Positions 38,420 to 50,814 are shown, counted from the first letter of the stretch. The stretch: 64,000 bases of DNA from an uncultured Chthonomonadaceae bacterium (GCA_963817895.1 CAWFQB010000004.1:640001-704000); one strand, 5' to 3'. Translations and numbers: made by a program. The notes: generated from the letters alone by a model not told the origin.

Positions 38420-39211
38420 CTAGGGGTTGGGATTGCCGACAGTTCCGCCGGGGCAGGTGGCGTCAATGCCATCATGCTCGGGGATAATATCATGCCAGTT
38501 GCCTGTGAAGCGAATAGCGGAAGTGGGATCGCGATGCGGCCAGCAGCGGTAGCCCGGCAGAATGGCGTATTTCTGGTTCTTCGGGTCGCCGGGGGGAGAG
38601 CTTTTGGCGTGACCGTCTATATAAACGAGGTTGGCGCGCTGCGTGTGGCGATATGCCCATTCGTTGCTGCCATCGCTGACTGAACACCAGTTCCAGTCGC
38701 CGCCCACGCTGTTGCAGTTGTCGCGCTCGAAGAGCTGGAAGGTGATGGCGGGAAAGCCAATGTTCGCGAGTTTTACGCCGAACACGGTTCCGTAGCCATT
38801 GTTTTGTCCGTCCCACCACAGCCATCCCAACTGCGAGGGCATGGTATAGGAACGCTGAAGGTTGCCCGCCACTATTTTGCCCCCTGCGATATCTACGGAG
38901 GGCGAAAATTGGTCACTGGGACAGGTCATAATCTGCTGGCTTTTGGAATACGGCTGGATCAGGCGATCCCACGTCTGAGCCAGAGGCCCCGGAGCGCCCA
39001 CAAACGGCGAACACATCTTCTCATCATAGTCCTGCGTATACATCATCATGCCTGTGCCAAGTTGTTTGAGATTGGAAAGGCAAGAGATAGAACGCGCTTT
39101 TTCACGCGCCTGCGCGAAGACCGGGAACAAAATGGCGGCCAGTATGGCGATGATGGCGATGACCACAAGCAGTTCAATCAGGGTGAATGCGTTTTTTGAG
39201 CGGGGTGCCAT
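38420..39211 (-). CDS. Prepilin-type N-terminal cleavage / DUF1559 protein with H-X9-DG motif
   Basis: [63 protein letters not shown]. Confidence 0.95.
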   Translation of the reverse strand: MAPRSKNAFTLIELLVVIAIIAILAAILFPVFAQAREKARSISCLSNLKQLGTGMMMYTQDYDEKMCSPFVGAPGPLAQTWDRLIQPYSKSQQIMTCPSDQFSPSVDIAGGKIVAGNLQRSYTMPSQLGWLWWDGQNNGYGTVFGVKLANIGFPAITFQLFERDNCNSVGGDWNWCSVSDGSNEWAYRHTQRANLVYIDGHAKSSPPGDPKNQKYAILPGYRCWPHRDPTSAIRFTGNWHDIIPEHDGIDATCPGGTVGNPNP

Positions 39212-39450
39212 TGCTTATCTCCATTGATCTTACGAGGTATTTGCGCCCTGTATGTAATCAGGAACGATACTGGTGTAAATTTGAGCAGACGATGCGAGTA
39301 GCCTCCTTTCCATAACACTTTCTGGCGTAGCCAGATTCACGTCTTGTCATAATATTATACACAGATCGCAATGTAAATTCCTCCTTTTTCCAGCTATTTA
39401 TAAAAAAAAGCCGTTTTGCTGCTACGCCTGCAAACAGACTACTTCTCGAA

Positions 39451-39786
39451 CTATGTATTGGTGAGTACATCCTCCACGCTGCTGAAGTGGCGTTTACTAC
39501 AGATAGCGTTCGCTCCTGCTTGTTCCAGCAGCGAGTTGCCTGTGGCGTGAGAAGAAACTGCAATGACGCGAGGCGTTTGTGGCAGCGCCTTGATGTCCGG
39601 CAACAGTTCCGTTCCTTTGCCATCATCCAGATCATAATCCAGCAGAATGGCATCAAATTGTCGCGAGGCAAGCGCCTGCCGCGCCAATGCCAGCGAAGGC
39701 GTGACGACAACATCATGCGTAACGAGAAACGTCTTCAGCACAATTCGCGCAAACAAACGATTGTTTTCCACCCATAGAATATTCAT
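39451..39786 (-). CDS. Stand-alone response regulator receiver
   Basis: ILWVENN, LLDYDLDDGKG, AVSS, CSK. Confidence 0.8.
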   Translation of the reverse strand: MNILWVENNRLFARIVLKTFLVTHDVVVTPSLALARQALASRQFDAILLDYDLDDGKGTELLPDIKALPQTPRVIAVSSHATGNSLLEQAGANAICSKRHFSSVEDVLTNT

Positions 39787-40973
39787 GATGGAGGATGAGG
39801 CGAGGACATGGCGTCCGCGCTCGTGTTACGCCTGTTTTTCAGCCGCAGGAAGGGCTTTTCCACAAGCCGCCAACTTACGAAGGCGCACAACAATGTGAGC
39901 GGAAACGCCGCCGCGAACAATATCAACGGCGGCAGATGCGGGTTCAGCCATTGCAACAGCAATTGCTGAATGGGAAAAGCGTAGAGGTAGATGCCATAGG
40001 AAAAATCGCCCCGCCGTCCCCACGCATGGAGATTCGGGCGCGGCGCAAACGCGAACGCGAACAGCAAAATCGCGCCACAGAGAGGCAATACCGCAATCAG
40101 CATGGGAATCGCAAACGCGGCCAGCGCCACAACGCCCACATGAAGCCACAGCCAGCGCGCCGACAACGCGATGCGGTCACGGTACAGCCAGGAACACATC
40201 CCGGCCAGATACTGTGTCAGGTAATGCGGCCACATATCCACCTGGCCCACAACGGGCAAAATCCTGCCGGAACAAAAGGGCGCATGGGCATAGACTTCAC
40301 GCGCATATAAGCCCCAGGCCACCACAAATAGCGTCAAAACCATCCATCGCCGCCGATAAAGCCCCATCAGGCCGAAGACCGCCACCATCAGATAGCACAA
40401 AAACTCATTGCGAATTGTCCACAGACTGCCATTGGCGCTGTGATACGCTAAATTCGTGAACGTGGGCGGCAGAAAAAACTGTAGTTGCGCTGTGTTGTAA
40501 AGGTAGCGCGTTAGATGCAGCGCGCGCCAGTAAGCCGAACCATTTGCCGCGCCAGACGGCCCGACGAAAAGAGCGCACAGCAGCGTCACAACAACAAATC
40601 CCGGATAGATGCGCAGCGCGCGCTTTTTCAGGTAGTCTCCCAACCCTTTGCTGCGCTGCCAGCTTTGCGTGACCAGAAAACCGCTGACGATGAAGAAAGC
40701 ATCCACCGCGAGTGAGCCGCCATCTATCTGTCCCCGCGTCAGCCACCGAATCGGCTCCCACTGTTCGTACCCCGGCAGGGCAAAACTGTGCGAAAATACC
40801 ACGAGGGCGGCCAGGAAGAAGCGCAGAAAATCCAGATTGTTTTCCCGTCCCAAACTCGCCTGCGCCAGCGTCAGGCGCTGTTCTTCAGGCGTGGCGAGTG
40901 ACGAGTCGTTTGTGGCTGGAGGCAGGGATGCCGACGCGAAAATACGTTGGAATATGTGTGACTGAAACATCAT
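39783..40973 (-). CDS. Acyltransferase_3 (OafA-like) membrane acyltransferase
   Basis: LDFLR..VVFSHS, FFIVSGF, RALRIYP, NGSLWT, GDFSYGIYLY. Confidence 0.92.
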   Translation of the reverse strand: MMFQSHIFQRIFASASLPPATNDSSLATPEEQRLTLAQASLGRENNLDFLRFFLAALVVFSHSFALPGYEQWEPIRWLTRGQIDGGSLAVDAFFIVSGFLVTQSWQRSKGLGDYLKKRALRIYPGFVVVTLLCALFVGPSGAANGSAYWRALHLTRYLYNTAQLQFFLPPTFTNLAYHSANGSLWTIRNEFLCYLMVAVFGLMGLYRRRWMVLTLFVVAWGLYAREVYAHAPFCSGRILPVVGQVDMWPHYLTQYLAGMCSWLYRDRIALSARWLWLHVGVVALAAFAIPMLIAVLPLCGAILLFAFAFAPRPNLHAWGRRGDFSYGIYLYAFPIQQLLLQWLNPHLPPLILFAAAFPLTLLCAFVSWRLVEKPFLRLKNRRNTSADAMSSPHPPS

Positions 40974-40980
40974 GCGAAAA

Positions 40981-41988
40981 TCAAACCGCCACCTTGACTT
41001 CTGTTCCGGCTCTGGCTTTGTCCAGAATGGCGTTTACGAGCGTATCGGGGGCAATGGCTTCGGCTTCGCCCTCGAAATTCATAATCAGGCGATGGCGCAG
41101 CGCGGGAAGCGCGACGGAAGCGATGTCCTCCATGGCGACGTTGTACCGTCCGGCAAGCAGGGCTTTGATTTTGGCGGTCATCACAATCGCCTGCGCCCCG
41201 CGCGGACTGGAACCGAAGCGGACGAACTGCTTGATGGGCGGGGGCGCGTGTTCCGAGTCGGGGTGCGTTCCCAATACCACTTTGATGGCGAACTCGCGCA
41301 CGGACGGGGAAATCGGCACTTCCCGCGCCAGCAAGCCGCATCTGCAAAATGGTCGCGCTATCTATGACGGCCTGAATGGGCGGCGCTTCGATCCCGTCGT
41401 GCGATCCACAATCGCGGACATATCCTCAAACGTCGGCGAAGTTACCAGCAGCTTGAACAAAAAGCGATCCAACTGCGCTTCCGGCAGGGGATACGTCCCC
41501 TCCATCTCAATCGGGTTTTGCGTTGCCAGCACGAAAAACGGTTCCTGTAGCGTATGCCGCGTCCCCGCCACCGTGACGTTATGCTCCTGCATGGCTTCCA
41601 GCATGGCCGACTGCGTTTTGGGCGTGGCGCGGTTGATTTCATCGGCAAGCACGATGTTGGCGAAAACGGGACCGGGCTGAAACTTGAACTCTTTCTGACC
41701 CGTCGCGCCCTCGCCAAGAATGTTCGTGCCGGTAATGTCGGCGGGCATCAGGTCGGGCGTGAACTGGACGCGGGCGAATTTAAGATGCACGGCCTGCGAC
41801 AGCGTCCGCACCAGCAGGGTCTTGCCCAGTCCCGGCACGCCCTCCAGCAGCGCATGGCCGCTCGCCAACAGACAGATCAGTACGCCGTCAATGATTGGCT
41901 CATTGCCGACAATCACCTTGCGTATCTCATTTTTGACGCGCTCGAAATCGGTTTTGAATTGGGCGGTTTGTTGCTCAATAGTGGGCAT
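40981..41988 (-). CDS. moxR: MoxR family AAA+ ATPase (frameshift near 41360)
   Basis: GVPGLGKT, QFTPDLMPAD, LADEINRA, ATQNPIEMEGTYPLPEAQLDRF, SPRG. Confidence 0.93.
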
Positions 41989-41996
41989 TGTTGCTC

Positions 41997-43796
41997 CTAC
42001 GGATGAATACTGTCGAAATAGTCTTTTACCTGCTTTTTATAGGCGGCGGGGACGGATTCTTTGTCCAGAGTGCTTTCCGCCTGCTTCTTGCTGGTTTCGT
42101 AGGCTTTGTAGTAGGGGGAACTGCTTTGCGTTGGTTCGGGGTCGCCAGTCATGTTGATTTGCAGTTCGTCGCCATTCGCGGTGCGAGTTCCCATGACCAT
42201 GCCGTTGGGCGCGTGTTTGGACGGTTTGGACGACATGGCGAGGTACTCGGCAAACTTCTTCGCGTCGCCCTGCTTGCCCGCCGCTTTGCTCCACTGGCTT
42301 TTGTTGGCGACAAGCAGTTTTGCTTTGGTCGCGCCGGGGTCTTTCATCGCGTCTTTGGGGTCGCCATGCCCGCCAAAGCCGCTGCCCGGTCCTTTGCCGC
42401 CGAAGCCATTACCCATGCCCTTGCCCATTGCCATCGTCATTTTGCCGTCTTTGAGGGCCTGCATCAATTCTTCTAAGGCTTTGGCGTCCAGCATCGCCGT
42501 CATCATGCCTTTGCCCTGACCCTTCATCATGGCCGCCATGTTTTTCATCGCCTGCGCCAGTTGCTGCATCTGTTCCGCTGTCATTTTGCCCTGCATCTGC
42601 TGCATCTGTTGGGCAAGCTGCTGCATTTGATCCGACATCTGCTGCATCTGCGTGTTTTGAAGCGCCTGCGACAACTGCTGCATCTGTTGGGCCATCTGCT
42701 GCATCTGCTGCGGCGTCATTTGCGCCCCGTTCTGCTGCATCTGCTGCGCCATCTTTTCCATCGCCATTTGCATTTGCGACGTGTCGTTCATCTGCATGGC
42801 CTGCTGCATTTTCTGCATCGCCTGCTGCATCTGTTTCATGGCCTCATCAGGCTTGTTGGCGGGATCGTTCTGCGCGTTTTTGTCCTGCGGCTTCTGGCCG
42901 TTTTTGGTTTGGGGTTTGTTGGCGTTCGCCTGCTTGTCCTGCTGCGACTTTTCCACGTCCTGCTCCATTTTGTCCAGCGAGGATTTGAACTGTTTCGCGG
43001 CCTCTTCCATACTCTTTTTAGGCAGCATGGCCTCCAGCTTTTGCTTCTGCTCTGCCAGTTTTTGCGTCAATTTCGTCATGGCGACAAGGGCGGGCTTTTT
43101 CTCTATTTTGCCCAACCGCATTTTATTCGTCAGGGCTTTGATGTTCTGCGCGGCCTGCTTGGATTCGTCCAGTTTCTGAATATCGGCGGCTTTTTCTTTA
43201 TCGTCCGCGACCTTCTGTATGGCGATAGCGGCTATTTTCACATCTTCTACGTCCTTTTTGCGTTCCGGCGACCAGAACACGGGCAGGGAGGGCAGGAAGA
43301 AAACGCCGAACAACAGCAAAGATAAAACCATGCCGCCATAAAATGTCCGGGGCAGGCGAACGGGGAACAGGGCGGGAATATGGATGTTACCCGCGAAGTG
43401 GTTGGCGTCCGTCCATTGCTCGTGAACAAAGGGCGCGTTGGCGTCTATGCCCGACTGCTGAAACTCGATGGCGCTGCTCAGGCGCTCTTTCAAATCGGCG
43501 CGTCGCTCTGTCAGTTTGGCAACATCCACGTCCGTCAAACGCGGCCAGAACGCGCAGGCCACCCCGATCAACACGCTGATGCCGACCAGCAAGCCCAAAG
43601 CCATCGGTATGGGCGGCGCGACAACATGCGCTTTGCCCAACCCGACAAGCACAATGGCAAGCGAAGCCGACAGCAACAGGCCAAGCGACCCGAACCGAAT
43701 CAGCATGAGCGTTCGGATGCGCTGCCGCGCCTGCCGCAGTTTCACGCTTAAAGCGTTCGTCGTATCCGGCGTCGTATGCGCCTGTCCTATTCGCAA
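41997..43796 (-). CDS. Membrane-anchored coiled-coil protein with Gln/Met-rich region
   Basis: Three N-terminal TMs; LKERLSSAIEF; QQMQQ repeats; VPAAYKKQVKDYF C-terminus. Confidence 0.85.
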   Translation of the reverse strand: MRIGQAHTTPDTTNALSVKLRQARQRIRTLMLIRFGSLGLLLSASLAIVLVGLGKAHVVAPPIPMALGLLVGISVLIGVACAFWPRLTDVDVAKLTERRADLKERLSSAIEFQQSGIDANAPFVHEQWTDANHFAGNIHIPALFPVRLPRTFYGGMVLSLLLFGVFFLPSLPVFWSPERKKDVEDVKIAAIAIQKVADDKEKAADIQKLDESKQAAQNIKALTNKMRLGKIEKKPALVAMTKLTQKLAEQKQKLEAMLPKKSMEEAAKQFKSSLDKMEQDVEKSQQDKQANANKPQTKNGQKPQDKNAQNDPANKPDEAMKQMQQAMQKMQQAMQMNDTSQMQMAMEKMAQQMQQNGAQMTPQQMQQMAQQMQQLSQALQNTQMQQMSDQMQQLAQQMQQMQGKMTAEQMQQLAQAMKNMAAMMKGQGKGMMTAMLDAKALEELMQALKDGKMTMAMGKGMGNGFGGKGPGSGFGGHGDPKDAMKDPGATKAKLLVANKSQWSKAAGKQGDAKKFAEYLAMSSKPSKHAPNGMVMGTRTANGDELQINMTGDPEPTQSSSPYYKAYETSKKQAESTLDKESVPAAYKKQVKDYFDSIHP

Positions 43797-43883
43797 TTGC
43801 GGGTTTTGAAAACACTCAATGAATTTCCTCGACGGTAGTATTTACCATCTACCTTATGTCTACCCGGGATTTCATCCTTGCAT

Positions 43884-45629
43884 TCACATATCCGCTACGG
43901 TTTCCTCAAACGGCACATCCACATTCTTTTTCCGTTCGTTGCGCATGAGGGGCAGCAACAGCAGGAAACAGAGCAGGCCCAAACCGATCCAGCTCAAACT
44001 GACGGCTCGCCACATCGCCACTTCTTTGATGTTCAGGAAGTGTTGATATTCGTAAAAGTTGAGCGGTTCCGTAATCTGGTAAATGGCTTGCAGGGGATCC
44101 AGATAGTAGGCGTTGACCATGACGCCGGTTTTTATATCCCCGCCATTGCCTCGACTCGTAACCGGCACGACCCACACCATAATCATCAGCAGGTACGCCA
44201 GCGCCCACGCCACCCAACGATTACGAAAAACGGCAGACAGCAGCAGGCAAAAAAGCGTGTAGCCGAATGTCACTGCCAGCATCATCAGCGCGATCTGCGC
44301 GAACCCGCCGATCTTCGCCGCGTATTCGGGACTGGTGGCGCGGGCGACAATCGGGTCTATTTTGGGTGGGGGCGCGGGCTTGCCGTTGATGATTTGCGGC
44401 GTGAATCGGTGTTGGCGTCGTGATTGCCACAGCGGGCGGTTGCGCGGCGGAGTTGCCTATGTCGCCTGCCTTGCCGACAAGAACAAACGCCAGCCCGTAT
44501 ACGCCTATGCACAGCAGGCACGTCAGCATCAAAAACGGCAGCGCGGAGTTCAGTTTGCCGCGCATCAAGCCTCTGGGCGTCCATCCGCGCAGTAGATAAC
44601 TGCCGAAGTGCCGCGCCTCGTAAGACTTTATTTCCCCCGTCGCGAAAATCGGAATAATGCAGCAGCAGCACAACGGTCGTCAGAATCAACGCGCCGGTCG
44701 GGGGGCTGATCTGCGCCATTCATCCCTCTTGCGCCCCGATGATACCAACTGTTGAGCCACCAGAGGTTCGCGGCCAGCAGTTCCAGCCCGACGATTAGCA
44801 GGGTCAGGCCGCGCAGCAGATACCCTATGCGTTCGGGAAACGTTTCCAGCCGGACGCGCGCCACCGTCGCCATCAGAATCCCGCCCATAATACAGAAGAA
44901 CACAAACCCAAGACCGTCAATGGTCTGGATACCGAAAAACTGGTTGCCGAACCACGTCATACCGACGGACTGCCCCACGTTTTGACCGATGGAACCGCCG
45001 TTGTGGTCGGTGGAAAACCCGCCCGCCATCAACCCCGCGAACGACATCAGCACCATTGTCAGGTAGGTGAAAATTACGGACTGAGTTGTGTTGCGGGCAA
45101 TGCTCGACCACATCAGCCCCATCGCGCCCACAAAGAAACTGCCGAGCAACATTCCGAGGTACCAGCTCAACACCAATCCGGGATCAATGCTGCCTAGCAT
45201 GAAGCAGATGGAAACCAGCGGCAGCGATGTGAGAATCAGCAGGGACGTGAACGACACCGCCGCAAGCAGTTTGCCGATAACAATAGACCGCCGCGCCATG
45301 CGCGTCAAATACAGCATGTCCATCGTGCGCTGTTCGCGCTCAATGGTCAGCGAACCGCTGGTAATGGCGGGCGTGATAAACAGGACGAGAAATATCTGGG
45401 TTATCAAAATAGAGTAGAACAACTGCTGCCCCAACTCCGAAGATTGCGCTCCGCCCCCGCCCGAATTTACGACGTTGTTCCACCACGGAATATACGTGAA
45501 CAGCAGCACGAGGGACAAAAACGCCAGATACCCGAACATGACCCAGTACGCCCGCGCGCCCCGCATACGGACGCGCAGTTCTTTGGTCAACACAGGATTG
45601 TCCGGCAGCAGCCGCATTACCAGAGACAT
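43884..45629 (-). CDS. ABC-2 type permease, large (frameshifted)
   Basis: NPVLTKELRVRMRG, EREQRTMDML..IVIGKL; continues through 44221..44673 and 43884..44285. Confidence 0.8.
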
Positions 45630-45692
45630 GAGAACTCCAGAGGTAGATGGGTAGATAAGTAGATGTAATGTCAGCGCTACCTATCTACCTCC

Positions 45693-46751
45693 TCAAGCTA
45701 CCTGTCCTTTTGTAACCCTTAAAAACACGTCTTCCAGATCGGTTTCAGGAGTGTGGAATGAGCGGACTTTGATGCCTGCCTGAACGAGCGCGTACAGGAC
45801 TTTGTACTCTTCGTCCAGTTCGCCCACATAGCCGATCTGAATTACGCCGCCTCGTCCTGACTGTTCGATACGTTGCAGGGTCAGTTGGCGGCGTTCCTCT
45901 TCCGGCTGATTGGGAATTTCGCGCAGGCCGGTCGTCACTTTTACGTCGCTCACCATTTCGGGCATGGACATGAGAAGGGCTTCCGCCCGTTCCGTCTCTT
46001 CAATGACGCCGACATTAATAATCTGCTTGCCGCGCACCTGACGGGCAATCGTGTTCACGTCACCAGCCACAATCAGCTCGCCCCGCTCGATGATGCCGAT
46101 TTTGTTGCAGAACTCTTCCATTTCCGGCAGGATGTGCGAACTGACGATAATGGTCTTGCCCATAGACTGCAATTCTTTGAGCAGTTCGCGGATTTCGATA
46201 CGGGCGCGGGGGTCCAGACCGGACGCGGGTTCGTCCAGCAACATCACTTTTGGGTCATGAACGAGGACTTTGGCAAGGCATAGCCGCTGCTGCATACCGC
46301 GCGACAGTTTGTTGACATACGACTGCTTTTTCTCGGTCAGGTCGGTCAGCGCGAGAACATCGTCCACGATTTGCGTACGCTTTTCTCTTGGTATACGGTA
46401 CGCGGCGGCAAAAAAGTCAAGGTACTCCCACACTTTAATATCGTCGTACAGTCCGTACACGTCGGGCATATAGCCCACAATGCTGCGTATCTGTTCGGGA
46501 AAGCGCACCACGTCAATATCGTTCAGAAGGGCGGTTCCCGCAGACGGCACTATCAGGCCGCACAGCATTTTCAGCGTGGTGGTCTTGCCCGCCCCGTTCG
46601 GCCCGATAAACCCGAAAATGTCGCCTTTTTCCAGTTCCAGACTCAAGTCTTTCACGGCAACCGCAGGCGTCCCCTTGCCCTCGGAGGGGTACTCTTTACG
46701 TAAATGCTTTATCTGAACCATCGGGGACATAGGGAACTCCTCAATTCTCAA
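45693..46751 (-). CDS. ABC transporter ATP-binding protein
   Basis: GPNGAGKTT, LSRGMQQR, LLDEP, SSH. Confidence 0.95.
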   Translation of the reverse strand: MRIEEFPMSPMVQIKHLRKEYPSEGKGTPAVAVKDLSLELEKGDIFGFIGPNGAGKTTTLKMLCGLIVPSAGTALLNDIDVVRFPEQIRSIVGYMPDVYGLYDDIKVWEYLDFFAAAYRIPREKRTQIVDDVLALTDLTEKKQSYVNKLSRGMQQRLCLAKVLVHDPKVMLLDEPASGLDPRARIEIRELLKELQSMGKTIIVSSHILPEMEEFCNKIGIIERGELIVAGDVNTIARQVRGKQIINVGVIEETERAEALLMSMPEMVSDVKVTTGLREIPNQPEEERRQLTLQRIEQSGRGGVIQIGYVGELDEEYKVLYALVQAGIKVRSFHTPETDLEDVFLRVTKGQVA

Positions 46752-47562
46752 ACGCGAACCGGCGGAAGCCGGAAATCATGCGCCACAGCATCAGCGCGGT
46801 CAGGGTGACGTAACCGATCAGGCCATAGATCAGGTTCAGGCTGTCAATGGTACGGGAAGGGGAAAGCGCTTCCAGCATCATTTGAATGGGATTGAACCAC
46901 ATCAGGGGGCAATTCGTGATAAAGTTGTAATCGCCGACAAGCGAAGACAGCATGAACGTTACCAGTGTCGTGCCAATCATCAGACCCGCGACGACGAACG
47001 TGTACGCGGCCATGATCGCGTACAGGGTCCGCTTGAGCAGCCACGACATGAACAGCCCGAAGGTGGCAAAGAACAATCCCACGATAAACTGCGTCACATA
47101 CGCGCCCGCGAATTGAAGCGGCGTTATATAGTCCGTCGTTCCCGGCCCGCCTATATCGGCATAGAACAGCGCGAACAGCGCGGCGGGAAGGCCAAGCGCC
47201 AGAACAATCAGAATCGTCAGCATACGCGACAGCAGTTTGCCAAAGATGATTTCCGAGGGGCGCAACTGCGTGAAAATCAGCATTTCCCACGTCAACTGTT
47301 CGCGTTCCTGCGTGATGGCGTTGGCGGCGGCGACGGGCGCCAGCAGGCACACGAACGCGTACTGTATCCCCAGAATAATGGCCCACGCGCCATGCCCGGA
47401 CGAGGCGTGAGGGTCGCTGCGCAGGGTATTGAACACCTGATAATAGATGTAGCCGAGCAGCACAACAATGGCAATCAGTATGCCCACGCGCTGAATATTA
47501 GGCATCCGCCCGAAGCGCATGCGTATCAGCAACTCTTTTCGTAAAACGGGGTTGGAAATCAT
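46741..47562 (-). CDS. ABC-2 type permease
   Basis: NPVLRKEL, QEREQLTWEML..IIFGKL; about 6 TM. Confidence 0.88.
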   Translation of the reverse strand: MISNPVLRKELLIRMRFGRMPNIQRVGILIAIVVLLGYIYYQVFNTLRSDPHASSGHGAWAIILGIQYAFVCLLAPVAAANAITQEREQLTWEMLIFTQLRPSEIIFGKLLSRMLTILIVLALGLPAALFALFYADIGGPGTTDYITPLQFAGAYVTQFIVGLFFATFGLFMSWLLKRTLYAIMAAYTFVVAGLMIGTTLVTFMLSSLVGDYNFITNCPLMWFNPIQMMLEALSPSRTIDSLNLIYGLIGYVTLTALMLWRMISGFRRFAFEN

Positions 47563-49864
47563 CCGTTACGACCTGCCTTTCTCGCGCCGGGGGGCAGTTG
47601 ATCTTCCAGATTCAGCACGGGCTTCTGCTCGAACGGATTGGCAAGGGCGCGTATTTTGGGAGTGGCGTTGGCGGGCGTGGGCAGATGCGCGACAAGCAGG
47701 TTCACCTCTTCCCCCTGCGGCGCGGGCTTGCCGTTGATGCGCGGCGACATCAGCGAAGCGTCGAACCAGCCGACAAAAGCGTTCAGGCTGCGTCCATACC
47801 CGTGTCCGCTTTCGCCGTAGTTGCCGTATTGCCCCGAATCCCAGCCCCTGCGTCAGCGTGTCGCCAAGCGCCATAACCATCTTGTCATGCGTGGAAGCGG
47901 CCACAAATCGGTGCCGCGCGTCCTCACCCGTGTTGTTGGACAGCGGCAGATTATCGGGCAGGGACGCGAACGGAATGTTGGTGGCGTTCGGGCGAATTCC
48001 CCATGTCATGGTTTTGGGCGGGGCTGGACTGTCCGGGCATCAGGTCGCCCAATTCGACGTGCTGATCGTCGGCAAGCAGGGAACAGTGAACAAGCGGGTA
48101 GGGGGTCTGATTGGTGACGATTACCTCTACCTGATTGTTGGCAGTCATGCGCGTTTGCGCTTCGATGCCCTGTCCGAGCGATATGTTGAGCGGCGTGTCG
48201 AAACTGCGTTTGTCCCACAGCCGAATCAGGGCGTTGCGTATGCTTGAATCGCCGGATGTGCTGTCAAGCGTTAAATCGTGGACGCTTCCGCCCGAATTGC
48301 CGATAGCGTCCCGCAGTGAAAAAGCCTGCGCGTCCGTCACGCTGTCGGAAGCGATGGAGATGTCATACGAGGTTCGGCGGGGCGAGTACAGCGTCATTTG
48401 CCCATAGCCTGCCGCCTGCCCGCTGCCCGCCTGCGTTTCCACAACCACGACCCGGTTCGCGCTCAATGCCCCGCCCTTGATGCTCAGGGCGATAAAGTAC
48501 GACGTAAGCACGAAAACAACAATCAAAATCGGTATGGAAATCCAGCCCAATTCGCGGCGGTCATAGCGTTTGAGAATAAGGTAGTTGACAGGCAGAAGCA
48601 GCAGAATGTAGGTAAAGAGAAAGCCGGTCAGCACGCCCCAGTGCGGAAAACTGCTGGCCTGCTTGCCGGCAAGCGCGTCCACCATTCGCTGCGCCGCGTT
48701 GCCGAACGTCGTGGCGCTGTCCAGAACTTCGCGGGGCGAAATGGCCTCGTTGCCGGTTCGCAGCAGGTCGCGCCACAGGGGAGTGATCGCGTTCCAGCCC
48801 CGGAACGTCGGGTCTACATAATCGAACGCGGTAAACACAACTCGCCCCGCGCCGTAAGGCCGCATCGTGACAAGCGGCGTGGAGGCGGTAGGGCCGGCAA
48901 GCAGCACAGTCGCGCCCCGCGCCAGTGTTCCCGACGTGAGCGCGGTCGGCGTTGTCAGGCCGAGCGAAGACTGATAGCGCGTTTCCAGCGTGGGCAGGGA
49001 TCGAGCGGACACAACAGATTGCGGCACAAGCGGTAATAGATCGGCGAAAAATTGGCTGCGAAGATGGGACATGTCGCCCCCGCCCGAAACAATGAGCAAC
49101 CCGCCCTGCCGAACGTAGGTTTTGATGGCGGCGGTTTGCGCGTCGGTCAGGCTGTCGAGGGGTTGGTCGGCAAGCGCGATGGCGTCTATGGCCTCATACC
49201 CCTGCGGCATCGGGGGCAGGGCGCGCGCATCGGTGTACAGCAATTGCAGGGTGGCATTGGGATCAACGCCGTTGTGTTCGGACGTGTCGCCATTGTTGCC
49301 GTTGTTCCAGCCCATGCGCGAATTGGCAAGCGTGGCGGGGTTGGTGTGGCGGTGGATCAGGCCGAGCTTCTTTTTGGTCAAGAAGTTCAGGCCGCTGTTG
49401 TCGCGGGTCATTGCCAGCACGGTATACGCGCCGGGGTCTATGGGGCCGGGCAGCGCCATCTTTTTGGACGCCAGTTTGCGCCCGTCCGCAAGCAGTTGGA
49501 TTTCAAGGTCGCGGGTCTGCATCTGCCCGTACATTTCGGTATTGTGGAGGTTGAGGACAAACCCCTCCGCCTGATTCATCATGCCGTCGCGCAGCGTGAC
49601 CCGGCGCGTATACGTGGTTGCGCGGCCCCCGTGATCGAGCGTGATTTGCAGTTGCCCGGTTCCCCGCGCGCTCGGCCCGGTCAGGTACACGGTGATGGGC
49701 GTCCATGTATCGGGACGATACCGCGCCCCACTGGTGACGCTTTGCCCGAAGCCGACCAGAACGTCCATATCAAGGGCATGGGCTTTCGGCGGCAACAGGC
49801 CGAAAAGCAGGGCGCACAGAACAAGCAGGACAGCGGAACCGTGCCGGACAGAACGCAGGCGCAT
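47559..49864 (-). CDS. Large exported/membrane protein with GATase-like fold domain (frameshifted C-terminus)
   Basis: Signal peptide; YVRQGGLLIVSGG and YGAGRVVF; two TMs around PVNYLILKR. Confidence 0.75.
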
Positions 49865-50814
49865 GGATTTCAAACCCTCGCAACACAAAGCGGGTGAACG
49901 AAAGCGACAAATTCGAATACGTTTTCAAATACGATGGTGGGATATTCGACACGAAAGGCGATGTTCCCTGCGTACAAAAGAATTAACGCGCATAATCTTG
50001 CAGGCAGGCGATTACAATGGCAATACGAGGAGGAAAGCAGGCGGTTTCAGTAAGTTGCAACAAAATAGAGGTGAGGAGTTGGATGCCTTATCATTAGTAA
50101 CTTACCTTGCGCAGGCGGTTTGTTCCTCTTTGCCATACGCAAAGGAATTCATTCCGTTGTGTATGGCAAAGAGTTCGACTGCGTTAAGATGAGTTACATC
50201 TAAAGTTTTGCGGCTCCCAAAACTCCGCAGGAAGACATGCCGCGCCCGTAGAGTTCAATGACGGGAAGCATCTGCCGCATAAACTGTTCGGGGCGTTCGG
50301 CGTATCCCGGCGCGAGAGAGCGACTTTGCGCAAATACTGCGCGCGGGCGGACGGAACCCGGATGTTGTAAGCAGGGGAATACAGGCTTCCAATGCGCGGC
50401 GGCGCGTGTCCGCATCTGCCGTATCCGCATGAGGTATAACACGTTCAAAGGCTTGTTGGTACGCCACTGCGCGTTCGGGCGTCATGTCGCAGGCGTCCAA
50501 TTGGGTCAAACTCCGTCTGACGCGCCGCCCAGGCCTGTGATGCGGGCGAACAGAGAAGGATCTGTTCCGTACCTGAGTTGGAAACCGGCCATTCTGCTGA
50601 ACCGGTTGTGGGTAAAGCGGATGTATGTAAAGGAGAACGGAGAGCAGAGTGAGTCTGGATAAACGGACATGATCGTATTTCCTTCCTGCGCAGACTTGCC
50701 AATCGGCGAATGAAGCCGCCGGAGAATTGTAACAACGATTGGCTTGTTATCGGCTGAAGCGCAGGAAGAAGAAAGCCGGATATGCTACCGGAAAAACATG
50801 AAAAGTCTCTCTTA

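Noticed and set aside
42540..42860. CTGCTGCAT-rich DNA repeat
   Set aside because: Explained by the Gln/Met-rich coiled coil of the encoded protein
50200..50670. Fragmented minus-strand ORFs downstream of yebC
   Set aside because: May be a broken hypothetical gene; product and boundaries cannot be supported
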